From Lingula anatina (taxonomy: Eukaryota > Animalia > Brachiopoda), in NCBI GenBank assembly GCA_051362555.1, contig CM120642.1:25916001-25980000 (forward strand): DNA of 64,000 bases, written 5' to 3'. Below the pieces are notes generated by a model. The model was not told the origin of the DNA, searched no databases, and worked only from the letters and a program-made list of their open reading frames with translations. Each line of letters opens with the position of its first letter. Positions within the stretch are counted from its first letter, which is position 1. Of this stretch, positions 1 through 13,157 are shown piece by piece. The translations under genes were made by a program, and so were the position numbers.

Positions 1-1239
1 AAATGTAGATCTATTAGATAATGTTGCTAGTTGAATGATTTGCCATTTCAGTGTCAGTGATACTGTCATGGCTGAACTTAGCAACTGGTTAGTGCCCTCA
101 TTTTGTATGACCTTACGCGGCCATTTTTTTATGCTCTTAGATGACCTCTCTGTCTGTGCTTCCATCCGTATGATATGCTTATGTGATCTTATGTACTTTT
201 AATGAAATATCTAGATGACAAATGTAATAAGTATTGTCAGTAAATCTCAGTTATAATTCAAGGAGATGATATGATCTTACATTATTTCCGTGCCAATTTT
301 CTGCAAAATGTAAAGAAAGAAATAGCCTCTTTTGCCTCTTCTGTTTGAAGACAAATACAACCACTCTTTTTTTTTTTTTTTTTTTTTTTGCTCTGTATGG
401 AAGATTAATTAATTCACTAATCAAAATTAATGCGACACTTAAACAAAGATGCCGTAAGTTTTGCCATTCATTTGTACATTCCTGCAGATTATACACACTT
501 GCCTTTTATCATTCCAGATGATGTCATGACTGTAAATGTTAAATTGATTAATCAGCCCTGACCTCCTTTCCTCTCTCTTGGTATATACAGCAGTTGAGAC
601 TTGGCTGGCATGAGTTCAGATTTATTTCAAGATTTTCCACTAGGAATATCTCCATGCGTTCCTATTGATACTTGGACTTGGAATAGGGCAGTCACTCTTT
701 CTTGGTTTCTGCTGTTCGGCTTTTTTCTCTAGTTATTATCTGTAACAAATTATTGTATTGTATTGTACTCTTAGTTGTTACTGCTGCACATTGTCACTGT
801 TACTGTTAGGAGAAAATAAGGAACCCACTGTTGTCATGGCAAATTATATTGAGACCAGTAAGCTGACAGTAAGGTAGGTTGTGTTGTATACAACTCACAT
901 GTTTGTAATTACAAGCTTCTGATGTAGATCTATAATAATTGAAAAAAAAATTAAATAGAGGTGATGGCAAGAAAATATAGTCATTGCATGGTGAGCATGG
1001 CATAAGATGGCACAGACATCCAGGACTGATATGAATGTGAAGTGAATATACTAATGAAGGACACTTGGGATTAGGAATGTCTGTTATATCAGGACAATTG
1101 GTTTTAATGGAACTACTGTGACCTGGAAAATGTAGTGTCTACATACTGCACTGTTAAATTGCTGTAATATATCTTTGTTGAAAACCATAAATCTGCCAGA
1201 ATTCAAACTTGAACTTTGTCTACAAATATTGTAAGATGT

Positions 1240-1485
1240 TGTCTGTCTGTCTGTGTGTTAGCAACATTACAGAAAAAGTTATGGACTGATTTTGATGAAA
1301 TTTTCTGGAACTGTCAGAAGTGGGCCAAGGAACAGATGATTAGTTTTTGGTGGTGATCCGGATCATTAATCAATCAATAATCAAAAAACTAAATCATTGT
1401 AGAATGAAAATTTAGGGGTGAAACGGCATGGGGTGGAGACCTTGCTGCCTTGGTGGAGGTCTGTGCTCTCAGAGTGCTTTACTAG
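1240..1485 (+). mobile_element. Non-autonomous Helentron/HINE-like interspersed repeat fragment
   Basis: (GTCT)n microsatellite, then TTAGCAACATTAC...GATTTTGATGAAATTTT...GGGCCAAGGAAC...GGTGGTGATCCGGATC. It ends in CTTGGTGGAGGTCTGTGCTCTCAGAGTGCTTT, which has a short 3' hairpin. The layout matches HINE-type elements of aquatic animals, recognised from memory rather than a database search. Confidence 0.55.
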
Positions 1486-1558
1486 CATGTTTTTTTGTAA
1501 AGAAAAAATACAAGAGAATCCAAGCCAGGTGTGTGTCTGCTGATGAACAAGTGCAAAC

Positions 1559-1817
1559 AGTACTTTCTGCTGATGAACCTAATTGCTGTGTTGTATCAGT
1601 TGCTCCTATATGTGAAGTAATGCAATAAGTGACTGTGTGTTTGTCTGTCTGTCTGTGAGATGGGAGCCGGTTCTGTTTCCCAGTGTGTGTCTGTTGGGGA
1701 AAAAGCACAGGCAGTACTTTCTTGTGATAAACCTAATTGCTGTGTTATGTCAGTTGCACCTATATGTGAAATAATGCAATAAGTGTGTTTGTCTGTCTGT
1801 CAGTGAGATGGGAGCTG
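1559..1817. repeat. Direct duplication, two ~105-bp copies ~155 bp apart
   Basis: AGTACTTTCT..GAT.AACCTAATTGCTGTGTT...CAGTTGC.CCTATATGTGAA.TAATGCAATAAGT...GTGAGATGGGAGC occurs at ~1559 and ~1714. Confidence 0.85.
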
Positions 1818-2454
1818 ATCCTGATTGCAGGCAGGAAAACTCCAGCTGACTTGATGTATATGCACCTGGATCAGTTTTTTTCTTCCAATTGCAGAGATCT
1901 TCTTGTAAAATACTCTGATTTTGATAGAACTGGAGCACTTTGTATGATCTCAGGTTCCAATGCGAGGGTACCATGTGCAGTATGATCAGTAAAACCCAAC
2001 ATTGCATCATTCATTGGTTGTTACGGGTTCTTAGCTTTTATCAGGTGCTAGTAGCTGCTGCTTCTCTTATTTCACAGTTTGGATGTACTGTGTGTTTAAA
2101 ATCAATGATGATACATACATTAGCAGGTCATCCCTTCATTTTTCAAGGCTTATAGTGGATGAAGTTTTGCTGTATCCAAAGTTGAATTAAAATTCTAGCA
2201 AAATTACTTCTAAATTGTTAGAACACACCAGAAATCTAAATTGCATTTTAGGGGATTTGGGACATTTGAGGTCATTCTATGTGTGGAAGTTAGCGTTATT
2301 GCACAAGGCAATTGTGACTTATCATTCAACTTATTACATCATTGGGTTTTTTTTTTTAAGCCAAATCAACAATGTGCATTCACTGGCAGATACTGAACAT
2401 GCTTGTAGAAGCCCATGTAGCTTTTTTATGTACAGACACAGATGTGTCTGTACA

Positions 2455-3028
2455 TATAGCCATCATCTGCGTCTGTCGTCGCCGTCGTCGCCGTGCACTT
2501 TTACCGATAACACGATAAGTGGAATACTGTTTTTTCTTTTGGCTTGAAACTTACAGAACTGATAAATATTCATAATACGCAGGTCAAGTTCGAAAATCAG
2601 CATGATCGGGTCACTTTTAGGAAATTTATGCTGTTTTTTCACTTTTTTCAGCATATATGCAGCCCCGATAACACGATAAGTGGAAAACCATTTTACCTTT
2701 TGGCTTGAAACTTACAGAACTGATGAATATTCATAATACGCAGGTTAAGTTCGAAAATCAGTGTGATTGGGTCATTTTTAGTGAATTTAGGCTGTTTTTT
2801 AATTTTTTTCAGCATATATGCAGCACCGATAACACAATAAATGGAAAACCATTAAACCTTTTGGCTTGAAATTTACAGAACTGATGAATATTCAAAATAG
2901 ACAGGTCAAGTTCGAAAATCAGCATGATCGAGCCACTTTTATGGAAGTTAAGCTGTTTTTTCACTTTTTTCAGCATTTTTGCAACACCGATAACATGATA
3001 AATGAAAAACTGTTTTACCCTTTGACTT
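2455..3028 (+). mobile_element. 161-bp tandem array (~3.3 units) preceded by a (GTCGCC)-type microsatellite; HINE/MITE-associated satellite
   Basis: CCGATAACA starts at 2504, 2665, 2826 and 2987, an exact 161-bp period. The full units share GGCTTGAAA.TTACAGAACTGAT and CAGGT.AAGTTCGAAAATCAG. Confidence 0.8.
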
Positions 3029-3516
3029 GTTTCTGTTGGAAGACCATCAAAAGTGGAGGATGGATCAACAAAGATACTTTGGAATACTGTCAGAAAATAT
3101 CTCTTGATCTGCTCCTGTAATTGACCATGTTACCTGTTGTGCATGTTTAAAAATCAGTGTTAACTGACTGTGTTATTATAAGCATTATTTATTATTGCAT
3201 CAAAATTGACAAAATGACCTATTTTGCATCTTTATTTTCTGTTTTTTGTCTGTACATTTGACAGCTTTGCTGCCTTGTTTTTAATACCCACAGCACAGAA
3301 TATAGTGGTTAAATCCATACCCATGTTGCATGTTTGAATGACTCTTAAACAGAGAGCATTTGCCTCTTTGCTTGTCATTGTTAATCTCTCAGTGAATCAA
3401 TTTTAATTCATAACTATGCGATACATTTAGTAGAAGCAAAGGTCTGCTCAGCCACTGGGAGAAATTATTCATAATACTCATAGGATAGATTGACCCCATC
3501 TATCAATACTAAATAA

Positions 3517-3747
3517 GACCCCATTCCCATAGATACCATTGCTCCATGTGGATCCACCCAACTCTCAGCTTTACTGAATAACATGCCTCTTGTTTCCAAC
3601 ATATATAATCACCAGCTTTATTCTGTATTCTACTAAATGCCAGGAGGAAGTGTGTCAGTTAGTGAGTTAAGCTGATTGAAGTCAGTGAGATTCTCTGCAG
3701 AGTTGGGCGAATCCATATAGACCAAAGGTGTTTATGGGAATGGGGCC
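3517..3747. mobile_element. MITE family A (GACCCCATTCCCATA terminal inverted repeats), diverged copy
   Basis: GACCCCATTCCCATA...TATGGGAATGGGGCC, with imperfect internal palindromy. Related to the copies at 25547 and 40756. Confidence 0.7.
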
Positions 3748-4187
3748 TGCCGCCTCAGATTCTGGTATAATATAAACATCTTCTGATGTGTTATTAGAGT
3801 ATCGGGAAGTCCTTTTCATCCAGTTGAAATGAATTTGTGAAGAAAGGTAAATAAGGTTTCATTTTGTGCCTAGTGAATGATTGGTGTTTAGACTGTTGAA
3901 ATGAATAAGATGGAGTTTGAATCAGGCAGAGTGTGGTAGTTAACAATTCAGACTTGCCAAATGTTTAAATTTGTCATTATGTCACATTTATGTAATTACT
4001 GGTCTCAACTCGCCTAAACTTATGCAACTTACTGAGGTGAGGATTTTTATATCTAAGCTTTATTGTTGATGGATGCCTGTAGGTTGTTAGAGAAAGGTTT
4101 AGACAGGTTCCTCCCCCAAGTAAAGTAATAACTGTGAAATTATAAAAACAATTGATTTTTATCTTGTTTTTATTTCTATCATTTCAG

Positions 4188-4414
4188 AGTGCTTCGTCCA
4201 CCAGGGGGTGGTAGCAGCAACATACTGAATCCTGAGCCAGAAGAACATGCAAACCGCAAAGTGAAGAACTATAACAGGTCTGACATCTTCAACCAGTGTG
4301 CGGATGATAAGCCTGCGACAGTGGTTGTCAAGGACTACAATAAGTCCGACGTTTTAAACCAGTCTGGTGCTGGCGGAGACGCCCAAAAACCTAGTACTGC
4401 GCAGAGGAAAGAAG
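4188..4414 (+). CDS. JPT: Jupiter/HN1-like protein, first coding exon in window (R)VLRPPGGGSSNIL...QRKE
   Basis: Acceptor tttcag|A and donor G|gtgagc. RVLRPPGGGSS is the hallmark HN1/Jupiter motif. The start exon was not found and probably lies upstream of the window. Confidence 0.88.
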
Positions 4415-6135
4415 GTGAGCTCATGTTTTGTATGGACAATGTATAGAAACTCCCCAAGAGAAATGCCCTGAGAAGGACCTCGATGTGAAATATTTACCAA
4501 CAGGGTTGGTGCTAGCTTATATACGCTCTTGCGGTTGATACGTGCATGCGTGCACACACACAAACAAACAGACTTGCAGAAGTGGCCAATAAGTCAGAAT
4601 GTGCGTGGTTGTAAATGGCTGACTCAGGTTGGGGACTCTCCTCCCTTTGGGAGGTTGTACAAATACCTGTTTTTTTGCATGTGTAAAAGAGAGTTTACAG
4701 TTTGGAAATGTTGAAAAACGTAAATTCAAGTAGGTTTATTTCCCTGTGACATGCTCTGTTCTTGTCCAAGAGGACACCATTCAGCCAGGCAATTCCTATC
4801 ACCTGCCAGACATACAGGTGCTTCCAGCTGCTGATAGGAATTTCTTCATGGGTTTCAGATCTGCTTCACTGCTGGAAGTGATAAGGCAGTAAATGGGGAA
4901 AAAAGGAGAGTGGATTAATAGAATATGTGAAGGGTGCCTGCACAGAAACTTCCCTTGAACATGTGATGTGATAAAATTATTACGAGTTTTTTATTCTCTG
5001 TTTCTTTTTGACTGAGGATTATGTTATTGACTGATGAAGAGTTCCTCGAGGTGTGTGTGTGTGTGTGTTATTATTAATCTAAATGTAAGTGGACTGAAAT
5101 AAAAGATTTTGTTCTTTATGCTTCTTAACATCATAATTTTCAAGGTATAAAATAATTCATACCATGAAAATTTGCCTGCTGAATCAGAATGTCTTAAAAT
5201 GTCTTAAAACTAAGATTACATACTGCCATTTGATCGTAGAAAATTTCACAGGTTTCATCTGCAGATTTTTAAAGAAAATTTATGTCACATAGATTAATTG
5301 CTGACAGTTGTTTTTTATCTTTTGGTTTAGGAGTTGCTGTTGTTGTCAGCAGTATAGTCTCTGCTGTATGTGAAAAAATTTTTTGTCTTCTTAAACCTGA
5401 AATTTTGTGATCAAGTTATTATATGTCTGTTGAACACTTTGTTACTGTATGTTGTGAAGTTCAACATTGAGTTGAGTGAAGGTCTTGTCCCAGCACTTGA
5501 CAGTGAATGTGCAAATGTGTCTCATGCCTCTCAGTAGTTCTTTCAAAACTGCTTATTTTCCTGCAAAGCAATAAAAGATAAGTATGCATCAGTCACTTTC
5601 CTGGAACAGTTTCTAACACAGTGGTTCTTGGTGACATTTAAATGAGGCCCAGTTTCTTTTTTTCAGCTTGCCTCCCAAAACTGTTCCCTTAGACCATAAT
5701 CTGTGTTTTTGCAGTAGTAGTTCTGTACAATGTTTTGTTTTACAATCAGTTTTACTTTTTTTCTTTGTGATAATTTATAGCTTCATTGAGTCAGAACATT
5801 TGCATTTTATGTATGCTTTTCCCTTGCATTATGCGTAACTCAAGGTAATTACTCACTGAATAAATATAAACTTTAATGATCATTATTCATTTATAAACAC
5901 ATTTCTTAATTTAATATTGAAAAAGAAAATTCAGACAGATGTCAACTTTTGTAAAAAAAAAAAATTATTTTTGTAAGGTACTGAAAACGACCTACTTTGA
6001 AAAAGAAAAATATTGGGGTTATTTAGGTCTAAAAAATTAGTGAGTTATTACCATACTGTTCGATTCTTCCTTAATTTTTGCTGTGCCTGTTGCCTTCCTT
6101 GTGTATTAGGCTCTATGTTGTTGTTGTTGTTCCAG

Positions 6136-6225
6136 AAGGAGACAGTGATGAGGAGGCTGAGGAGGCATCCAAAACTGCCCCTCCTCCCGTAGAGGCCCCT
6201 GTAAGGGTCAAGGGACCCCAGCATG
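6136..6225 (+). CDS. JPT: Jupiter-like exon EGDSDEEAEEASKTAPPPVEAPVRVKGPQH
   Basis: ttccag|AA...CATG|gtaggt, 90 nt, phase 1-1, open frame. NAGNAG acceptor (cagaag). Confidence 0.75.
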
Positions 6226-7257
6226 GTAGGTTTGCCCCCTCCCCTCCCCCTTCTCCTTTCCAAGCTAGGCTTTTTTTTTCTGAGATTATTGAAAAGTTCA
6301 TATATTTGTCTGTTTTAGTAGTTTCTAATCTATGGACTGTTAACTCCGATTTGCTAAAAAGTTGCCATTGTACAGGAGTGTTGTTCAATTTTAATATGTA
6401 TCAGTGTCTTTTGTCTGCACTCCTATAGTCATTTGTTTACTTATTTATCTATTTTTGAAATTTTTTTGTTTTGCAAAGATGTCTCAATGTGTTTGCAATT
6501 GATAGCAGTTATAGAGATTCTGGAAACATGGTCATGGTAGAAACAGAATAGGTTTTAGAGGAACCCACCCCCAGACTAACAAACATACAAAACTAACAAC
6601 TTGATACGCGTTGCTGAAAAAATAGAAAAGAAACCAAGCCATTTTACTTTCATGGCATGAAATTTGAAAATGACCTTCACTATTTGACACTTCAAGTTGA
6701 TTAAGTATTTGGCTATTGCAGGATCTGTCTGTTAGAGGCAAAAAAACAGATCATATGCCTTCTGCAATTTTACCATCATGGTGTGTTATAGAAAAGCACA
6801 GCACGCTTTTAAAAGTGTTGGGTATAAGCTCTGTTGGAAGATTATTATATGTTGTCACAGGTAGGTGTAGTCAGCTTGACCAAGATAAAAATGCTGACTG
6901 TGACAAGTTTTTGAACGTAGAATTCGAAAAAAGAAAGAAAAAAAAACTTATTACCCGAAGGACTTTATCATTAAAGGTACATGTATAACAAAGTAACCTC
7001 CATTCCCCATCTTTCTTTCTAGTAGTTTTCTCTTTACTAACATGCATCACAACCATTTACACTAAATATATATATAATGTATTGTCCCAGTTATCTCTGG
7101 TTCTAATTGTAAAATGCATTGCATGACTTCAGATTCTTCCCATTTACTGCATTACTTTCTTTATGGACAGTTAAACTCTGCCCTTCCCTGAAAGTGTTCT
7201 TATAACATATTGGAATGGTGATTCTCTGCATGTCCATGTATTTCCTTCATTCTGCAG

Positions 7258-7365
7258 TGACTGGTTATAACATCATAAACAACATTGCCAATGCTGGACA
7301 CGAGAACGATGAATTTGATTCTCCCATCAGGGGTCGCAAACGTTTTACAGACACAAAGAGAGGAG
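7258..7365 (+). CDS. JPT: Jupiter-like exon VTGYNIINNIANAGHENDEFDSPIRGRKRFTDTKRG
   Basis: ctgcag|TG...GGAG|gtattg, 108 nt, phase 1-1, open frame. Confidence 0.75.
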
Positions 7366-8787
7366 GTATTGTTTGAACTGGATGTTGTTGACTTGAAGCA
7401 CTAATCGTTGTGATTTCACTGTTCTTGTTTGTACTTTTTTGCTTTTAGCTCGTGCTACTACCACCTATATGTTACTGCTGGAGCTAAATATGTAATTGTT
7501 GCTGCTGTCATTGCTGTTGTGTCTTTGTTGTTACTTGAAACTTGGGAAGTGTTCCTGGTGTGCTTCTTCAGAGAGAGAGAGAGATTGAGAGAGAATACAT
7601 GCTATACAGTTTACATATCCTTGGGTGATGGGGGTTTTAACAATCATTGAAGATGACATCTGCTTACCATTTTCCTTAGTGTGTTGGGACCCCTGTGAAA
7701 GGGAGCCGACTGAAACACGAAGAATTTTTTTTTATCTTTATCAGATTAAAAGACATTAATTTGTAAGAAACTTTTATAGAATTATGGTTATTAAATGGGT
7801 TAAAATGGCCTTAATCAGTCGTGTACATGAAGAATGTTGTTGGTTTTCAGAAATGAATCTTTGTGTACGAGTATGTGTATTTATGTGTTGACAGTTACAG
7901 ATGTGCCTAATTTGTCCTTAGGGGCCATCCATTTTTATCACAACTTTCACAAGTCTACATAGAGCAGACTTTTTCCGATCTTGTTTGAACATTGACTGTG
8001 TGTATGTGTATTAAGAATGTTGTATGAGAATGGCATGGTGTCTTCTTCACTGTTGTGCTCTTGCCAGTTGTTATCATAGGCACTCTAGAAGCACAAATAA
8101 ATTTTTGTAGAAACTTAATAGATCTAATTGGTACTCTAGAGGCATTTGTGTGTAGCCTTTGTAGTGGCTCTATAACTCAAATTTTAAGAAACATCACTAA
8201 TTGTTTAGGGGTACTTAAAATTTTATGCTTGCTTTGAGATACATTGTGGATCAGGAATTTTTGTTTTGCATAGCTTACATTTTTAGACTCTACTGCCTGG
8301 CAGGATTAACTAGCTAAGAAATATAAAAAGAATATTTGTAATAAAATATTTAAAAGATGACTACTTGTACTACTTTTGTAATCTTTGGAACTTGATTGAA
8401 AAAAAATTGTGCCTCTTGAAGTTACCATAAGATTAACTTTTTCTGTGTGATTAACTATGATGTTATGTCTACTTAGTAAGCTAAATTGTGAAGCCATTTT
8501 CTGGGTGATGACATGCTGCTATTAAGCATATTCGTAATACTCTTTCTTTCACCTGTGCACGGTTTTAAGAAATGTTTCTCATGGTATAAGGCTTCATCTG
8601 CTTTTAATATTGAATTTCACCATGAAATTTTTTTTTCTTTTTTCTTTTTTTTTCTTCTTTTTAGATTGATACCATTTAAGTGTTAAAATGTAGTTACTGC
8701 TCTGTGGATGGATTAAGAACATTAATTGTTGACAACAAATTCTATTTGCTACATGTTTAAATATTGGTTGGCTCTTGAGTAGACTTT

Positions 8788-9089
8788 GATCGCATTCACA
8801 ACGAGTTGACCCATGGCTTTACAAATCCTGGAACTAAATATGGCGGACGTACATGAAAGAAAAACCGCCTAATCTTTTGATAGTCTCTCCGCCTCTCACA
8901 CGCCTCCCCATATGTCTTCCCAATGGAGCCGAGATTTAATGACTGTACCCCCGCAGGGATGACGCATGGGTAGGCGTGTGAGAGGTGGAGAGACTATTAA
9001 AAGATTAGTTGGTTTTTATTTCATGTACGTCCGCCATATTTAGTTCCAGGATTTGTAAAGCCATGGTTCAACTCGTTGTGAATGCGATC
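8788..9089. mobile_element. Foldback MITE: ~132-bp near-perfect inverted arms with a ~36-bp spacer
   Basis: GATCGCATTCACAACGAGTTGA...TCAACTCGTTGTGAATGCGATC, with TTT on both flanks. CpGs are retained in otherwise CpG-poor DNA. Confidence 0.85.
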
Positions 9090-10654
9090 TTTAATTATGT
9101 AGTCATGTTTGGGGGTCCTCAGACAAATCAAATAAACTACAACCATGATTGTATCCACAGTGAGTGGAGTTTTTTTGTACTCACTGCCACATTCTTTCTC
9201 TTTTTTTCCTTCACCTCATGTCGGAACAGAAGAAGGTAAAGTAATATCAAGTAGTATAGAAAATAGGAACGCTCTTTAGTGTAACAGTGTAGAAAGACAG
9301 TTGTGATATCCTTGTAGTGCTTTAAATTTCCTTTTTTTTTTTTTTTTGCGAAACGTAGGTAAATGATCCGTGTAACCTATTTTAAAGGACATTATTTTAG
9401 TCTCAGATTCCCTGATACATACCCAAGCATTTCAAGCTTTGAAAAACAAAAAGAGATCACTACAGTCACAGTTTCCATTTGTTAACTCTGTGTGTGTGGG
9501 ATTGATGTGTTTCTGTCATCTAATTGCTCTGATTTAACATTTCTGTAAAAGTTTGTACCAAATTTTCTGTTGAACAGTTAACCAAGGATGCCTTAAACTT
9601 TGTGAAGTTTCTGGAGTTCTTGGAAACTTGTGGTCAAGGCCATTTGATTATGAGTCATAATGTTTATATTCTACCCATGGTTTTAATGTTCTGTTGTTTT
9701 AGGAAATGTTCAGTTTAAGTCACATTACTCTATTATCAGACTGGGATGCATCAAAGCAAAATTCAGGAAAATATTTGCATGCAATAATTTGTTATTCATA
9801 AAATTCTTTTCAATGTTCATAAAGCATTTTCCAGGTTATTGAAACATTCTTTTCTTTCACTTGCTCTCTGAAGTGGTGGAATTGACTCTTTGTTTATACT
9901 TTATTTGTATTTCAGAAGACATCACTTAGTTGCAAATTTACTGCAAGCTTTCATTTTTTAGTGTTTTATATAAAACCAGTTCAACCCTCCACTAAAGACT
10001 GACCAACATGCCCTTACTAAGATGAAATGCAAAGTTGGGGGTTTGGGCACAACCCACAAATGAGTATTGACTTTCAAATGTAACAGTCATAAATGAAGAA
10101 AATTATCATTACATTTGTAAATTTTTAAACCAAGATTCACCGTTGATTGTTTACACACATTTGTCTTAAAATGGGTTTACATATTTGGTTGGTTAAGGAA
10201 ATGATGAGCCAAGCCCTCAAGAATCTGCATCATATGTGGAGAATTCAATGTAGAACTTTCCGTCCCCCCCCAACCCCTTCCCCATAATCTTAGCATGGAC
10301 AGTAGTAGGTGGTAGAGGTTACGTAGAAACATCATCGGGGAAAGTGTCACATGCTGCAGAGGCAGTCACACTTTCTCATAACTCTTGGTTTTGGGATAGA
10401 TGTTTGGACAGTTTAGTACTTGTACATTGGTTCTGGTATAAGCCTAGTGCTGTAGTGAAATCATTGACTTGTTTGAGTTGTACAAGATACCTGTGGAGCT
10501 GATCTTTATGTTAAAAAAAAAAAAGAAAAGCAGACAGTATTTTGGAAGACACTGTTGATTTCACTGGTAACAATTTTCAGTGGTTACTTGAGTTACATGT
10601 ATTGTATGCTAGACTGACTTGACAAACTAATATTTTACTCTTTGAATATTTTAG

Positions 10655-10707
10655 GAATCAATCCTATCACTGGAATGGTCATTGGGGCTCCACAGACAAC
10701 GGAGAGG
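10655..10707 (+). CDS. JPT: Jupiter-like exon GINPITGMVIGAPQTTER
   Basis: ttttag|GA...AGG|gtagga, 53 nt, phase 1-0. Confidence 0.78.
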
Positions 10708-11025
10708 GTAGGATCATGAGGCATTTTCCTAATGTGCACTTATAGACAATGCATTCTCCTTGCATAGAATTATGTTTTTTGATTCATGGACTACTTTGTT
10801 ACAACTTTTTTTATAGTGATGAAATGTTATGTTTGCTTAAAATTGTACACACTGTAAAATGTAGGATGAAATAAGTTATTCATTTGGAGCAAATTCTGAA
10901 CATAGTATATTTGTGGGAAATAAGAGTATATTTGTGGGAAATAAGGTCTTTGGAGAAGATAACTTTCAAATCTGATGCATTGTTATATTGATATCCTTCG
11001 TTATGTTATTTTTTTTTTATTTCAG

Positions 11026-11079
11026 CCATCCACTAAAGTACATCATCCACCAGGTGGCAAGTCAACTGCTTTGTGGTAG
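11026..11079 (+). CDS. JPT: Jupiter-like last coding exon PSTKVHHPPGGKSTALW*
   Basis: Poly-T tract, tttcag|CCA, phase 0. The C-terminal PPGGKS motif is typical of HN1/Jupiter. TAG at 11077-11079. Confidence 0.85.
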   Translation, partial: PSTKVHHPPGGKSTALW

Positions 11080-13157
11080 AGGGCCAAGAAGAGCCAGAGT
11101 CTCAGTCTCTTGGGAGAATGGAATACACATAGGACTCATGAAAATTGAAACTCATTGTCTGTTAATATATATATATATATAATATGGGACTAAAACACTA
11201 TGCATTATTCTTCTGTTGAATTTGAATACAAGACAGACATGTCTTATGAATGATTTACAATATCTTAGTAAAAAAAAAAAATGAACATTTGAAACCAGTT
11301 TGAAAATTTTGAATAAAAAACCATGGGCCCACCAAGTTAAATATGACCGACAGATTGTGTAGTTCATTGAAAATCTTGTTTGTAGCAATGCTTGCTATAA
11401 ACGGATTTCATGGCAAAAGCTTTGCAGTGATGTCTTATTTCATTGAAATTATTTATAGTGAGAAAAGTCTGGATGGATGTGAAAAAGATTTGAGTGCATA
11501 TTTGGGCATTTAAGCAAGGTGGTTAGACACATTTATTTGAGAAAAGATGGAACTATTAAACTCTAAGAATTGATATGGACCCTTGTGATATTATTATTGG
11601 GGCTTTTCAGTAAAACTCCCCCGAGTTTATGAGTAACACTTAGCTAGTCCCTCAACTAGCTATCATTTCTGCCATGTTAATCTTATTGAAATCTGGTGGG
11701 ACATGCTAGTAGCTCTGACAATGGGAAACGGTGTATCCCAAGTTGACCACAGACAAATTCACAAAATTTCTAATTTTTGTCAGGCATATTCATTTATGCA
11801 TGTTTTGTACACAATTACTTGTACAGTATTCAATTTGAACAAAACAAAAGTGCAATGTTAACTAATTGTTTACTTTGAGTTTTGTTTTTCACATGTTTTG
11901 TTACCATTTAGTAAAACAGAAGTTCTTTTTGACACTCACCAGTGTAACACTCACCAAGTAAAGAAAATCTTGTTTTGTAATATATTAACTCTCAGATATA
12001 TATCAAGTGCTTGCTGCTGCGTTCTTGGTGTAACCAAAACTAATGATGACTACTTGAAACCTCATTGCAATTAAGATTTATAGCTTGTTCAGAAGGAAAG
12101 TTGTGAAATATTTCTTGGAAGGTTGGATATGTGTGTACTTCAAGACAGCTGTATTTACCTCAAGTGAGAACTGCTAGTGAAGTTAAGTCACGGCCTCTGT
12201 TAGATGGAGTAGTTTTTTAACCAACATATCTCATTCCATGAAGTCTGAATGTAGTTTCCATATTGTTCATTCCATAAAACCCAGCTGTACTGTACTTACG
12301 CACTGGCCATTATTTTTCCTTTCAATATTTACATAGGAATGCACTTAAAAAATTGCTGTGTGCACTTTGTTGTCCATTTGACGATATCTGTTGAATAAGT
12401 ATGCTCCAATGTAATTCTCTCTGACAAAGATAAAGATTCTACTGCTATTTACATGTTATGTGTCTAATATAAGAATATTTCCTTTTGTTTTTTAGTTTAT
12501 TAAGAAATGGGTTACTTTGCATTTGCTGTTATTTCAGTCCCATTAGTTATTAACATTTCCATTCTGACCACATTATTGTATTGTGTTTATCGATATTCCG
12601 TATCTTCATTCCATTAGATAAATACTTCAAATAGCATTGAAGATTCTTCTTACAGAAATCTGTATTTTCAAAACTACTTTTTTCCTCCAAATATTGAGTT
12701 ATGGTAGTTGTTGTGAAAAATAGACTTTTGAATGTTAATATCAAAATGCTGGCAGTTTTGTAAATAAAATTTGGATAACAGCAGATTTTTTTTGTGTGAT
12801 TTGTATTGAATCGTTTTAAAAGTATCATCAGAATATTCACATTAATAAGGGAACACAGCAGTGTCGACCCAGTCTTTACACTAATGTACTATGATCTTTA
12901 TAGAATAATTTTGAAAGGAAGTTGAAATGGTGTAATTTTGGTTGGTGTCTGTGTAAGTACAAAAATACACCAGAATGTGTGCCATGATGGTCAAATAATT
13001 GACAGGTGGTGGATGTTGCAGAGAGGAACATATTCAGAAAAGCGTGACTTTTGGTATTCTTGTATAGTATTATCAAAAACCATTTCATAAGTTTTCTGTC
13101 AATGTACCCAATCTCGTGGGTGTAATGTGCATGAAATCTGCATTGGCAAAAGACAAA

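Noticed and set aside
2504-3028. Regular repeats as a CRISPR array
   Set aside because: Whole 161-bp units repeat with no unique spacers, in a eukaryotic context with no cas genes.
5031-5052. CTGATGAAGAGTTCCTCGAGG, hammerhead-like start
   Set aside because: Lacks the GAAA core and is interrupted by a GT microsatellite.
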